Positions 1-9,305 of a DNA stretch of 64,000 bases are shown here, one piece after another. The notes beneath the pieces were generated by a model that made no database searches, was not told the DNA's origin, and worked only from the letters and a program-made list of their open reading frames with translations. Each line of letters starts with the position of its first letter. The first letter of the stretch is position 1. Origin of the DNA: Gemmatimonadaceae bacterium. Its GTDB lineage: Bacteria > Gemmatimonadota > Gemmatimonadetes > Gemmatimonadales > Gemmatimonadaceae. The position numbers and the translations under genes were made by a program. The DNA lies in the NCBI GenBank assembly GCA_046598315.1, contig JBKJIY010000079.1, positions 4,931 to 68,930 on the forward strand, written 5' to 3'.

Positions 1-122
1 CTGGGACGCCGCCGCACACACGGAGCGATCCGGCCGATGTTGAAGCGGTTCACAAGCAGTTGCAGTTTCAGCAGCAACATGACTCACCTGATCAGCTCCA
101 CCGCCTGAGACATCTGCTCACC

Positions 123-2216
123 ATGACGCCGTTCCGCTGGATCGCTGCGCTCCTGCTCGTCCCACTCGCGTTGCGCGCCCAGGACACCACATCGCGCAAG
201 GTCCTCCCGACGGTGCGCATCACCGCGGCGCGCGATGGCCCGCGTGCGCCGCTCGACTTGCCGTATGCCGCCACACTGGTGCGCCCGGATTCGCTCGCCG
301 CGCTCCGGCGCGTCGGCGTGGACGAGCTGCTGTTCGCCGTGCCGGGCGTCGCGCTCGCCAACCGGCAGAATCCCGCTCAGGATCCGCGCGTCAGCATCCG
401 CGGCTTCGGCGCGCGGTCGGCCTTCGGGGTTCGCGGCGTGCGCGTCCTCCAGGATGGCGTGCCCGTCACCCTGCCCGACGGCCAGACTCCGGTGGACGTG
501 CTCGACATCGAGGGCGCGGACCGCGTGGAGGTGATCCGCGGCAGCGCCTCGTCGCTCTACGGCAACGCGGCAGGCGGCGTGATCGATCTGCGCTCCACGA
601 TTCCGTCGCGCGCGCGCGTCGCACCATCCGCGCGCGTGGTGGGTGGCGGCTCGACACCCACCACCACCGCCTTCGGCGCCAGCGGCAGCTTGCCCGCGCT
701 CGGCTACACGTCGTCGCTGGTTCACACCACGGGCAGCGGCTACCGCGCCTACTCGGCGCAGCGCGTCACGCGGGCCGCGGCGCGCCTGCTGCTGTCGTCG
801 CTCACCATGGCGGCTCGCTACTCGGATGTGTCGCGTGCCGAGAATCCCGGTGCGCTCACGCGGGCACAGTTCGACGCCGATCCCCGCATGGCCGACCCGC
901 TCTCGATACGGAAGCGCGCCGGCAAGACCGTGCGCCAGGGTGACCTCTCGCTCGGCGCGTCACGCGCCCTGCGCGCCGCCGGTGCGCTCGAGGCCACCGT
1001 GTACGGCAGCGTGCGCACGCTGGAGAATCCGTTGACCTTCGCTGTGATCGACGTGGGGCGCACGAGCGGCGGCGCATCGATGCGTGCGCGCGATGCGTTC
1101 ACGATCGGCGGACGCACGGCACGGCTGGCCGCAGGTGCGGACCTCCAGTGGCAGAACGACGATCGTCAGGAATGGGAGAATTGCGTGGATGCCACCGCCG
1201 CAACGCGGACGTGTGCGGCTGGCGCGGCGACGCGTGGCGCGCTGCGCCGCGATCAGCGGGAGCTCGTCTCGAGCGCCGGACCCTTCGTGCGGGGCGAGAT
1301 CGCCCTCGCACCGTCGCTTCTGGCGTCGGCGGGGGTGCGGGCCGACGCAGTGCGCTTCCGCGTGCGCGACCGCCTCGTGTCGGCCACCAACCCTGACGAC
1401 TCGGGCGAGCGGACGCTGCACGCCGCGAGCCCGGCCGTGGGACTCGTCTGGCGCGCGTCGGCGCTCACGTCGCTCTACGCCAGCGTGTCCAGCAGCTTCG
1501 AGACGCCGACCACCACGGAGCTCGGCAACAAGCCGGACGGCTCCGCAGGCATCAATCCCGAGCTGCGCCCGCAGCGCGCCGTCACTGTGGAGATCGGCAG
1601 CAAGGGGCTATTGGCCGGTGCCGCACTGCGGTGGGACGCCGCGCTCTTCGCGACACGGGCGCGCGATGAGCTCGTGCCGTTCGACGTACCCGGCGGCGCC
1701 GGCCGCCGCTTCTTTCGCAACGCCGGCCGTACCGAGCGGCGCGGAGCCGAGATCGGCCTCGATGCTGACGCTGGTCCGGTCGCGCTGCGCGGCGCGTACA
1801 GCTACTCGCACTTCCGCTACGCCAGCTACACGCTGGGCACCGTGTCGTTCGCCGGGCGGCGGATTCCCGGCGTCCCCGAGCACGCGCTCATGACCGCCGC
1901 GACGATGCGGCGCGGCGCGGCGAGCCTGGGGTTCACCGCCGACCTGGCGAGCGAGGTGGAGGTGGACGACGCCAACAGCGCGCGGGCGCCGGCGCGGGCG
2001 CTGTTCGGCGCCTCGCTCGGCAGCATGGTGCGGCTCGGCGGTGTTCGCCTGCTTCCGCTCGTCGCCGTGCAGAACTTCTTCGGCACGCGCTCCGCGGGCT
2101 CGGTGAACGTGAACGCCGCGGGGGGCAAGTTCTATGAGCCGGCACCGGGGCGCGTGCTGCTCGTCCGCCTCGCCCTCGCACGGCAGCACTCTGCCCCGGA
2201 GCACCCCCAGCCGTAG
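123..2216 (+). CDS. TonB-dependent outer-membrane receptor
   Basis: ORF 60..2216. The ATG at 123 gives signal peptide MTPFRWIAALLLVPLALRAQ. Plug-domain motifs DELLFAVPGVAL, RVSIRGFG and VEVIRGSASSLYG are present, followed by a long beta-barrel-like remainder. Confidence 0.85.
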   Translation: MTPFRWIAALLLVPLALRAQDTTSRKVLPTVRITAARDGPRAPLDLPYAATLVRPDSLAALRRVGVDELLFAVPGVALANRQNPAQDPRVSIRGFGARSAFGVRGVRVLQDGVPVTLPDGQTPVDVLDIEGADRVEVIRGSASSLYGNAAGGVIDLRSTIPSRARVAPSARVVGGGSTPTTTAFGASGSLPALGYTSSLVHTTGSGYRAYSAQRVTRAAARLLLSSLTMAARYSDVSRAENPGALTRAQFDADPRMADPLSIRKRAGKTVRQGDLSLGASRALRAAGALEATVYGSVRTLENPLTFAVIDVGRTSGGASMRARDAFTIGGRTARLAAGADLQWQNDDRQEWENCVDATAATRTCAAGAATRGALRRDQRELVSSAGPFVRGEIALAPSLLASAGVRADAVRFRVRDRLVSATNPDDSGERTLHAASPAVGLVWRASALTSLYASVSSSFETPTTTELGNKPDGSAGINPELRPQRAVTVEIGSKGLLAGAALRWDAALFATRARDELVPFDVPGGAGRRFFRNAGRTERRGAEIGLDADAGPVALRGAYSYSHFRYASYTLGTVSFAGRRIPGVPEHALMTAATMRRGAASLGFTADLASEVEVDDANSARAPARALFGASLGSMVRLGGVRLLPLVAVQNFFGTRSAGSVNVNAAGGKFYEPAPGRVLLVRLALARQHSAPEHPQP

Positions 2217-2298
2217 GGCACGATCGGATGGCCCGGGTGTCCAACGCATGGCACCCCGGGTCATTTTCCGGATGGCCGCGCCATCTCCCACCCGCCGC

Positions 2299-3720
2299 AT
2301 GCGACGCTCACCTCTCCGACCGGCTCTGCTCGCGATGGTCCTGCTCGCGTGCCGCGCGGCGGCGCCGGTGGCCGCTGGTCCCGCGCCCGCCGAGATCGTG
2401 GAGGGCCGCGTGGAGGGAGCGGTACAGACGGACACGATACGCGACGGTGCGTCCATCTCGGTGAGCCGGGCACGCTGGACGCTTCAGTCACGCCCGCAGC
2501 GCCAGCTCGACTTCTGGAGCAATGTCGCGGCGCTGGATGTCGCCAGCGCCGAGCGGGTCGCGCAGTCGCTGGACGAGAAGACGTTCGCCGCCGCGTTGCG
2601 CTCTCTGATGGCGAGCGATCCCGATGCTGCTGCCGTGGCGTTCACCGCGCTGTACGGCCGAGCGGGCGACGCGTTCATGCGCCTGCGCGCGCGTGTCGGT
2701 CTCACCATCGCCCTCTCCTGGCGGCCGGACTGGTCCGCGCTCTCGCGCCTCCCCGAGGTCGAGCCGGACAGCTCGGCGGCACCACTCGATCCGATGGTCG
2801 TGCAGGCGGGGGTGGAGCGGTGGGCACGCGCGCTCGCCGCGCTGCCGGCGCAGACCGTCCACATCCCGGAGGGCGAGACCGTGCTTCCGCTTCGGCGGAG
2901 CGCGTTCGGCACGCCGGTAGTGACGGTGCGGCTCAATGGACGCTCGTACCAGTTCTGGTTCGACACGGGGGCGAGCATGACGCTCATCTCGGCCAGCATC
3001 GCGCGCGAGGCGGGGGTACGGCTGGCGTCTCCCGACTCGCTCGCGCTCGGCGTGATCGCCGGTCACATCCCGGCGCGCGCCATCTTCATCGATTCGCTCG
3101 GCCTCGGCCCCGTGATGGCGCGCGGGCTGTCGGCGGCGCTCGTGAATCCCGATGCGCTGCGACTCGACCTGCGCAACGAGAAGGGCATCAGATCCACCGT
3201 GTCCATCGACGGCGTGATCGGCACCGACCTGATGCGCCACATGGACATCGTGCTCGACGCGCGCGACGGCACCATCACCATCCGCCGTCCGCGGCGCAAT
3301 CCGCGTGCGGAGCGGAATCTGTTCTGGATGGGCTATCCGGTCGTCCGCTTCATCACGCGGGACGGGCGCCCGGTCCTGTTCGGGCTCGATACCGGCGCCG
3401 AGGTGACATACGTGACGTCGGCGCTGCTGCGGAAGATGCCGAAGACGTCGATCGCCGCGCGCATCGGCGCGCTCTCCGGGCTCGGCTCCGAGACGCAGCG
3501 GACCGAGTGGGTGGCGCGCAGCGTCGCGCTGAGCGACGGCGACCACGCGATCGACCTGCGCAACATCCCCGTGGTGCCCGAGCGGCGATGGACGTTCGTC
3601 ACCGTGGACGGCGTGATCGGGAGCGATGTGGCGCTCGCGTCGAGGATGCACCTGGACTTCACGAACGGCATCTTCGACGTGCGCCGGAGCGCGGCGCCGC
3701 TCGTGAAGGTGGCGCCCTGA
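2299..3720 (+). CDS. Secreted retropepsin-like aspartic protease with two DTG lobes
   Basis: ORF 2134..3720. The ATG at 2299 gives signal peptide MRRSPLRPALLAMVLLACRAAAP. Two aspartic-protease signatures are present, FDTGASMTLIS and GLDTGAEVTYVTS. Confidence 0.7.
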   Translation: MRRSPLRPALLAMVLLACRAAAPVAAGPAPAEIVEGRVEGAVQTDTIRDGASISVSRARWTLQSRPQRQLDFWSNVAALDVASAERVAQSLDEKTFAAALRSLMASDPDAAAVAFTALYGRAGDAFMRLRARVGLTIALSWRPDWSALSRLPEVEPDSSAAPLDPMVVQAGVERWARALAALPAQTVHIPEGETVLPLRRSAFGTPVVTVRLNGRSYQFWFDTGASMTLISASIAREAGVRLASPDSLALGVIAGHIPARAIFIDSLGLGPVMARGLSAALVNPDALRLDLRNEKGIRSTVSIDGVIGTDLMRHMDIVLDARDGTITIRRPRRNPRAERNLFWMGYPVVRFITRDGRPVLFGLDTGAEVTYVTSALLRKMPKTSIAARIGALSGLGSETQRTEWVARSVALSDGDHAIDLRNIPVVPERRWTFVTVDGVIGSDVALASRMHLDFTNGIFDVRRSAAPLVKVAP

Positions 3721-3735
3721 CCGTTGTGCCGCCGA

Positions 3736-5127
3736 TCAGCGCGCGGGGAGAGCGACAGGCGTGCGCGGCAGGCGCTCCGGCATCTCGGCCAGCACGTACG
3801 CGTACACCGCCATCGTCGCCACGCACTTCGCCACCTCGCGCGGATCGAGCTTGTCCGGCGTGTCGGCGTCGGTGTGGTGGTACCAGAAATAGCGCGTGCC
3901 GTCCACGTGCAGTCCCGCGCCGGGCACGCCGGCGCGCAGCAGGGGACCGATGTCCGCCTCGCCATCACCGACCGACACCGAATCGGCACCGATGCGCTTC
4001 AGGAGTGGCGCGATGCGGCGCAGCATGGCCAGCGCGGAGTCGGTGCCCACGGCGGCGATGCCGTATGGCCGGAACACGCCGTTGTCCGATTCCATGGCGA
4101 ACACGTGCTTGTCCACCTCGGCGGCGTGCGTGTCGCGATACGCCAGGCCGCCGCGTGTTCCGTTCTCCTCGTTCGTCCAGGCCACCACGCGCACGGTGCG
4201 ACGCGGGCGCAGCCCGAGCTGCTTCATGAGCCGCACCGCCTCCCACGCCGCCACCACCCCGCCGGCGTCGTCCATGGCCCCCTGCCCCACGTCCCACGAG
4301 TCGATGTGGCCGCCGATCACCACCACCTCATCGGGGAGCTCGCGTCCGCGGATCTCCGCCACCGCGTTGCGCGATGGCGCATCGGGCAGCATCTGCGCGC
4401 TCATGCGCAGCGTGACCGTCACCTGCTGCCCACGATCCTGCAGGCGGTGCATGAGCATCGCGTCTTCCACGGTGATCGCCGCGGCGGGAATGCGCGTGGC
4501 GGCGGAGTCGTAGCGCATGCTGCCCGTGTGCGGCGAGTTCATGCTCGACGAGGCCACGGAGCGCAGCAGCATGGCGACGGCACCGGCGCGCGACGCCGCG
4601 TTCACGCCCGTGCGCCGATAGGCCGACGTCTGCCCGTACGTGGTGAACGGCACGTCGAACAGCACGATCTTTCCCCTGGCCTCGGCGGCCCGTGCCTGCA
4701 GCTCCTCAGAGCTGGACACGACGAGTACGGGCGCGGTAATGCCGCCGGCCGGCGTGCCGATGGATCCGCCCAGGCCGAGCATCGAGAGCTTCTTCACGCG
4801 CGGCGTGATCATCTCCGCCGACTCGGCGCCGCGGACCCAGTGCGGCACCATCACCGGCTCGCCGCGCACCGCTTCCAGGCCATCGGCGCGCATGCGATCC
4901 AGCGTCCAGTCGATCGACCGCTCGAGCGCTGGCGAGCCGCTCAACCGGTGACCGAAGGTGTCCGTGAGCTCGGCGATGCGGTGCCAGGCGGCGCTGTCCG
5001 CGAGCGCCGCGTCGATGAGCCGGTCGGCCGCGGCGCGGTAGCGCTCCGTGGTCTGGGTTACAGCGAGTCGCGGCGTGAGGAGCGCGGCGAGCGCGAGGAG
5101 CGCGGTGCTGCGGGCGGCCAGTCGCAT
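3736..5127 (-). CDS. M28-family zinc aminopeptidase with PA-like insert, secreted
   Basis: ORF 3736..5214. The ATG at 5127 gives MRLAARSTALLALAALL. The metal-ligand region is VVIGGHIDSWDVGQGAMDDAGGV, with NEENG and HHTDADT motifs typical of M28. Confidence 0.85.
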   Translation of the reverse strand: MRLAARSTALLALAALLTPRLAVTQTTERYRAAADRLIDAALADSAAWHRIAELTDTFGHRLSGSPALERSIDWTLDRMRADGLEAVRGEPVMVPHWVRGAESAEMITPRVKKLSMLGLGGSIGTPAGGITAPVLVVSSSEELQARAAEARGKIVLFDVPFTTYGQTSAYRRTGVNAASRAGAVAMLLRSVASSSMNSPHTGSMRYDSAATRIPAAAITVEDAMLMHRLQDRGQQVTVTLRMSAQMLPDAPSRNAVAEIRGRELPDEVVVIGGHIDSWDVGQGAMDDAGGVVAAWEAVRLMKQLGLRPRRTVRVVAWTNEENGTRGGLAYRDTHAAEVDKHVFAMESDNGVFRPYGIAAVGTDSALAMLRRIAPLLKRIGADSVSVGDGEADIGPLLRAGVPGAGLHVDGTRYFWYHHTDADTPDKLDPREVAKCVATMAVYAYVLAEMPERLPRTPVALPAR

Positions 5128-5223
5128 GCGGATCGTTGGTTCGGGCGAAGAAGTGGTGCGAGGAAACAAGCTGCTCCCGGTGTCGGCGCACAACAAGCGG
5201 GGTCGCGCCTGCACGCGTCGATG

Positions 5224-6390
5224 TCAGTTGGCGAGTGCAGGGCGTCCGGGTGCCAGCTCGCGCTCGAGGAAAGACGAGATCACCCGATACGCCAACTGCG
5301 CGCCGAGACCCGCCGGCGCCAGGTCGAAGCCGTGCTCGGCCCACGGAAGCTCCACGGCGATCACGGGCACGCCCGCGGCGCGCAGCGCGCGCGCCGCAGA
5401 GCGGTTGAAGTCCGCTTTCACCACGTGATCGCGCGCGCCATAGAGCAGCAGCGTGGGGGGCAGGCCCGGCCGGATGTGCGACACCGGCGACGCGTCGCGG
5501 TAGTGCGCTGCCTGTTCAGCCGGCGTGCCGCCCAGGTAGTTGCGCAGCACCTCCTGCACGCCGATCGGGTCGGGGCGCGGCAGGTCCACGTAGCCCTTGA
5601 CGAGATCGAATGGCGCATAGAGGGAGACGACCGCGCGGATGTGGAGGGGACCGGGCGTGTACGCCGCCAACTCGGCGAGCTGTCCGCCCGAGGAACGCCC
5701 CAGGAGGGCGACGCGGGCCGTGTCGATGCGCCAGGCGGATGCCGAATCGCGCAGCAGCGCGAGCGCGCCGCGCACGTCGTCGAGCTGGCCCGGAAAGCGC
5801 GTCTCCGGCGCGTGCCGGTAGTCGATGGCCGCCACGGCGAATCCGCGCTGCGCGAGGACGCGGCTGACGTTCCGGGCCTGCGTTGGATCGCCCGAGCGCC
5901 AGGCGCCGCCGTAGATCACCACCACCGTGGGCCGCGGCAGCACGCTGGGCCGCGCGTAGAGATGCATTGCCAGCGGGGAGCCGTCGGCGGCGCGGTACGC
6001 GACGACGTGCTCGACGACATCGGGCGATGGCCCGAGCCCGCGCACGGCGGCGACGAGCGAGAAGCGCGGTGGAGAATGCTCGAGCCCCAGTTGCGCCGCC
6101 GCCGAGCGCGCAGCGCCGGCAAAGCGCGCGACCGGCCAGAGCGCGACGCAGGCGCCCGCAACGAGCAGGATACTGAGAACGCCGCGTGCCGAGTGATGCG
6201 CGCGCAACAAGCGCCACACCAGCGGCAGCACGAAGAGATCGAGCAGCGCCAGCAGCGGCGAGAGCTCGCTCGCCGCGACGGCGAGAGTGAGCGTGCCCGC
6301 CGACCAGGGCGGCACGACGACGAACGCCGAGAGCGCGACGAGCGGCACGCCGAGGAGAAAGGCAACAATCTGGGCGACGGAGCTTTTCAC
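5224..6390 (-). CDS. Alpha/beta hydrolase (esterase/lipase-type) with N-terminal multi-TM segment
   Basis: GTG start at 6390. The first 100 or so aa are hydrophobic helices. Oxyanion-type motif VIYGGAWRSGD and nucleophile elbow GRSSGGQLA are present. Confidence 0.75.
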   Translation of the reverse strand: MKSSVAQIVAFLLGVPLVALSAFVVVPPWSAGTLTLAVAASELSPLLALLDLFVLPLVWRLLRAHHSARGVLSILLVAGACVALWPVARFAGAARSAAAQLGLEHSPPRFSLVAAVRGLGPSPDVVEHVVAYRAADGSPLAMHLYARPSVLPRPTVVVIYGGAWRSGDPTQARNVSRVLAQRGFAVAAIDYRHAPETRFPGQLDDVRGALALLRDSASAWRIDTARVALLGRSSGGQLAELAAYTPGPLHIRAVVSLYAPFDLVKGYVDLPRPDPIGVQEVLRNYLGGTPAEQAAHYRDASPVSHIRPGLPPTLLLYGARDHVVKADFNRSAARALRAAGVPVIAVELPWAEHGFDLAPAGLGAQLAYRVISSFLERELAPGRPALAN

Positions 6391-6453
6391 TTCTGTCTTC
6401 CTGTCTTCCTGTCTTCCTGTCTTCCTGTCTTCCTGTCTTCCTGTCTTCCTGTC
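6391..6453. repeat. 8-bp microsatellite: seven perfect ttcctgtc units (6398-6453) plus one 7-bp variant (6391-6397). It reads (GACAGGAA)7-GACAGAA on the minus strand.
   Basis: Counted directly in the sequence. It abuts the GTG start (6390) of the minus-strand hydrolase gene and lies in the divergent intergenic region with the 6620 gene. Confidence 0.95.
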
Positions 6454-6619
6454 TCTCGGAGCAGATTAGCGGACACGGCTCGACCTGCGCTACTGCGCGC
6501 GACAGGTTCCGGGGATTTCGTTGTCCTCGGCCACCGTTCTGCTCATACTGTACCTCACCGGTAACCGGCAACAGTAACCGATCCGTGACCGCGTTCCTTT
6601 TCCTCGTTCCTCGCTCCGC

Positions 6620-7537
6620 ATGCGCACGGCCGTTCGCCGCCGGGCCATCGGGCCGGTGCTCCTGCTCGGCATTCTCGCGGGGTGCGCGACCAAACCCGTC
6701 GGGCGCTCCATGATCTCGTACGACGAGCTCTCGGGCGCGCCCGCGCCGGCCGGCGGTGAGCGCATCGTGTACGGGAGCGATCCGCTGCAGTTCGGTGTGC
6801 TGCGGTTGCCGTCAGGGACGAAGTCCGCTCCCGTCGTGGTGCTCATGCACGGCGGCTGCTGGCGCTCGGCATTCGATCTCGGGTACATGGCGCACGCCGC
6901 GGCGGCGCTCACGGCGGCGGGGTACGCGACATGGACCATCGAGTTCCGCCGTCTCGGCGACGCGGGCGGAGGCTGGCCTGGTACGTTTGCCGACGTCGCC
7001 ATGGCGACGGATCACGTGCGCGCCCTTGCCACGGCGCACGCGCGGCTGGACACCACACGCGTTGTGCTCGCGGGCCATTCCGCCGGCGGGCAGCTCGCGC
7101 TCTGGAGCGCATCACGCGCCGCGGACCGATCGCACGACGAGCTGCCGAGCGGCGCCACCCCACTTCGCGTGTCCGGCGTGGTCAGTCTTTCGGGCATCAC
7201 GGACCTGGCCGACTACGGACGCCGGCCCGGCGCCTGCAACAGCGCCGTGACGCCGCTCATGGGCGGCACCCCCGCCGAACAGAGGGCACGCTATCGCGCC
7301 GTCAGCCCCGCCGAGCGAATCCCGATTGGCGTGCCGATGCGCCTCGTCCACGGAGGCGAGGACACCATCGTGCCAGTGGAGCAGGTACGGAGATTCACCG
7401 ACCAGGCTCGCGCGGCCGGCGATCGCGTCGTGCTCGACGTCGTCGCTGGCGCCGGCCACTTCGATCTGGTCGCGCCGCAGTCGATCGCGTGGGCGACGGT
7501 CATCGGAGCCGTCCGCGCACTCGTCCCCACGCCGTGA
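6620..7537 (+). CDS. Alpha/beta hydrolase (esterase-type) lipoprotein, paralogue-like to 5224-6390
   Basis: Lipobox LLLGILAGC. Motifs VLMHGGCWRSAFD and GHSAGGQLA. C-terminal His region GAGHFD. Confidence 0.8.
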   Translation: MRTAVRRRAIGPVLLLGILAGCATKPVGRSMISYDELSGAPAPAGGERIVYGSDPLQFGVLRLPSGTKSAPVVVLMHGGCWRSAFDLGYMAHAAAALTAAGYATWTIEFRRLGDAGGGWPGTFADVAMATDHVRALATAHARLDTTRVVLAGHSAGGQLALWSASRAADRSHDELPSGATPLRVSGVVSLSGITDLADYGRRPGACNSAVTPLMGGTPAEQRARYRAVSPAERIPIGVPMRLVHGGEDTIVPVEQVRRFTDQARAAGDRVVLDVVAGAGHFDLVAPQSIAWATVIGAVRALVPTP

Positions 7538-7590
7538 GCTGGATTCCATCGCGCCGCGGTTGAACTGCGGTCACGGATCACGGGATGTCG

Positions 7591-7674
7591 AGCAAGGAAA
7601 CGGCGGATCTTCATTGAATGGTCGGGCCAACGCGCGAGGAGCCTTCACTCGAGGCGAGGGATCCGTCGTTGCGC
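7591..7674 (+). repeat. Diverged copy (D) of the ~100-bp inverted-repeat intergenic element family
   Basis: The left end agcaaggaaacggcggat pairs with the reverse complement of atccgtcgttgcgc. The interior attgaatgg...gggcc resembles copy B. It shares the flank tgaactgcg with copy E. It is shorter and more degenerate than the other copies. Confidence 0.4.
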
Positions 7675-7726
7675 CCCGCGTCCGTGCCATCCGTGACCGC
7701 CGTTGGCCAGGGCGCACGGGAGCAGG

Positions 7727-8866
7727 CTACCGGAACACGTGCGGCACGAACCGCGACGTGTTGTCCGTCACCCAGCCATCGGACTCGCGCACGCCCATGC
7801 CGCCAGCCTCGTTGCCGATGATCCAGCTGCCGATCACCGGACGGCGCCCGTCGATCAGCGGGATGGGCGCCAGCTCCTGGAATACGTAGCCCTCCGCGCC
7901 GTACTCCCCGGTGGATTCCACGTGCTCCTTCATCGTGTGCACGGTGATGTTCGCCCCCTCGCGCGAAAGGAGCGGCTTCTTCACCCATTCGAACATGCCG
8001 TGCGGCTCGTCGAAGTACGCCGGCAGCAGATTGCCGTGTCGGGGGAAGAGCTCCCAGAGGATGGGCAGGATCCCCTTGTTGGAGAGCACCATCTTCCACG
8101 CCGGCTCGATCAACTGCGTCTGTGAGAGCGCGAGGTTCTCGGCGAAGGGCTCGTGCACGAGCCACTCCCACGGATAGAGCTTGAACAGGGTATCGATTGG
8201 CGCATCCTCACGGTCGCACAGCTCGCGCGCCGCGGGATCCCAGCCGATGTCGCTCATGGAGAGCAGCTTCACCTGAAGGCCCGCCTGCGCGGCGGTCTCG
8301 GCGACGTACGCCGCGGTCATGCCGTCCTCCAGCTCGTCCATGGAGGCGAAGTGGATCTGCGGACCGAGCGCGCCGGCGGGCGGGAGCGAGGGCCTGATCT
8401 CCTGCCACCGCGCGACGAGCCGCTCGTGCAGCGAGTTGAACTGGTCGATGCCCGGATGTACCGCCTTCGCCCAGTCCCACTGGATCACCGACGCCTCGAG
8501 CAGCGATGTGGGCGTGTCGGCGTTGTACTCCAGCATCTTGGGCGGCGACACGCCGTCGTACGCCAGATCGAAGCGGCCGTAGAGGCTCGGCGGCTCGTGC
8601 TCCCAGCTCGCCTCGATGAGCGGGATGGCGTGCGCGGGAATGCGAAGCTCCGCATAACGACGTTCGTCGATCACGTGCTGCACCGCTTCCAGCGCGCGCT
8701 CGTGCAGCTCGTTCGTCGCGCGCTCCACGGCGTCGATCTGCTGGGCGGTGAAGCGGTAGTAGACGTCCTCCGTCCAGTAGGGCGTCTGCCCGGTGTGCCA
8801 CTTGAGCCCCCGCGCCTCCACGAGCTCCTGCCAGCCGTCACGCGGGGTGCTCGCGATGCGCTCCAC
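7727..8866 (-). CDS. Glutathionylspermidine-synthase-like ATP-grasp protein (YgiC/YjfC family)
   Basis: 379 aa with a GTG start. The N-terminus PRDGWQELVEARGLKWH...TPYWTEDVYYRFT and overall length match the preATP-grasp GspS homologues. Confidence 0.85.
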   Translation of the reverse strand: MERIASTPRDGWQELVEARGLKWHTGQTPYWTEDVYYRFTAQQIDAVERATNELHERALEAVQHVIDERRYAELRIPAHAIPLIEASWEHEPPSLYGRFDLAYDGVSPPKMLEYNADTPTSLLEASVIQWDWAKAVHPGIDQFNSLHERLVARWQEIRPSLPPAGALGPQIHFASMDELEDGMTAAYVAETAAQAGLQVKLLSMSDIGWDPAARELCDREDAPIDTLFKLYPWEWLVHEPFAENLALSQTQLIEPAWKMVLSNKGILPILWELFPRHGNLLPAYFDEPHGMFEWVKKPLLSREGANITVHTMKEHVESTGEYGAEGYVFQELAPIPLIDGRRPVIGSWIIGNEAGGMGVRESDGWVTDNTSRFVPHVFR

Positions 8867-9265
8867 TCAGCCGCCGCCGAATCCGCGCGAGCCGCCGATG
8901 CCGCCGAATCCGCCGCGCACCACCGCCGTGCGCGGCCGCGACGCATCGGAGCGCGCACGGATGCCGCGTGCCGTGGGCGAATAGGACGACATCGGCAGCG
9001 CGCGCGCGCGTCCTCCCGCGGCCACGAATCGTGAATAGCCGTTGTAGTAGAACAACGGCGCGTACGCATACGCCATCGGGAACCAGGTGCCCTGGTTGTA
9101 ATAGCCCTTGTTGGCCACCGCGTACTCGCAGGCCTGCTGCGAATAGTTGTTCGGCTTGCAGGGATCCACGCCCAGCGCGGGTGTGGATGGCCCGCACCCC
9201 GTAGCGGCGGCGAGTGCCGGCACGAGCACGAGCGGAACGGCGGTCGAACGCTTCTGGGAAGGCAT
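8867..9265 (-). CDS. DUF1190-like lipoprotein (YgiB/YjfM-like partner of the ATP-grasp gene)
   Basis: Lipobox AAATGC. A Cys pair is present in DPCKPNNYSQQACEY. The Gly-rich C-terminus VVRGGFGGIGGSRGFGGG resembles the E. coli YgiB tail. Its stop directly abuts the start of 7727-8866. Confidence 0.65.
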   Translation of the reverse strand: MPSQKRSTAVPLVLVPALAAATGCGPSTPALGVDPCKPNNYSQQACEYAVANKGYYNQGTWFPMAYAYAPLFYYNGYSRFVAAGGRARALPMSSYSPTARGIRARSDASRPRTAVVRGGFGGIGGSRGFGGG

Positions 9266-9305
9266 GCGATGTACTACGGAAAGAGGACCCGGACTGTTCC
9301 GAAAG

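Noticed and set aside
60-122. N-terminal extensions given by the ORF track for many genes (60, 2134, 5214, 10781, 11911, 12222, 13525, 14579, 17256, 27128, 39436, 39423, 40752, 51004, 56288, 56352 and 60556).
   Set aside because: Internal ATG or GTG codons give canonical signal peptides or family-typical N-termini and remove large overlaps with upstream genes. The extensions are Arg/Pro-rich and overlap neighbouring genes.
6391-6453. Whether the 8-bp and 24-bp arrays (6391-6453 and 51059-51306) could be CRISPR arrays.
   Set aside because: The units are directly adjacent with no spacers, are far shorter than CRISPR repeats, and no cas genes are present.
3724-6564. Very long ORFs overlapping or antisense to the genes called above: 3724..6564 (+, 946 aa), 2349..4229, 11312..13648, 14713..16830, 35512..37188, 53409..55301, 56346..58847 and 16602..17660.
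   Set aside because: Their translations are Arg/Ala/Gly/Pro-rich low-complexity strings with no motifs. They lie out of frame or antisense to ORFs that carry clear family signatures. Stop-codon scarcity in ~70% GC DNA produces such ORFs routinely.
5516-6571. ORF translating the 8-bp microsatellite as a QEDRKTGR peptide repeat.
   Set aside because: It is out of frame with the well-supported hydrolase gene, and the rest of its translation is Arg/Ala junk. The repeat is better explained as non-coding leader or promoter sequence.
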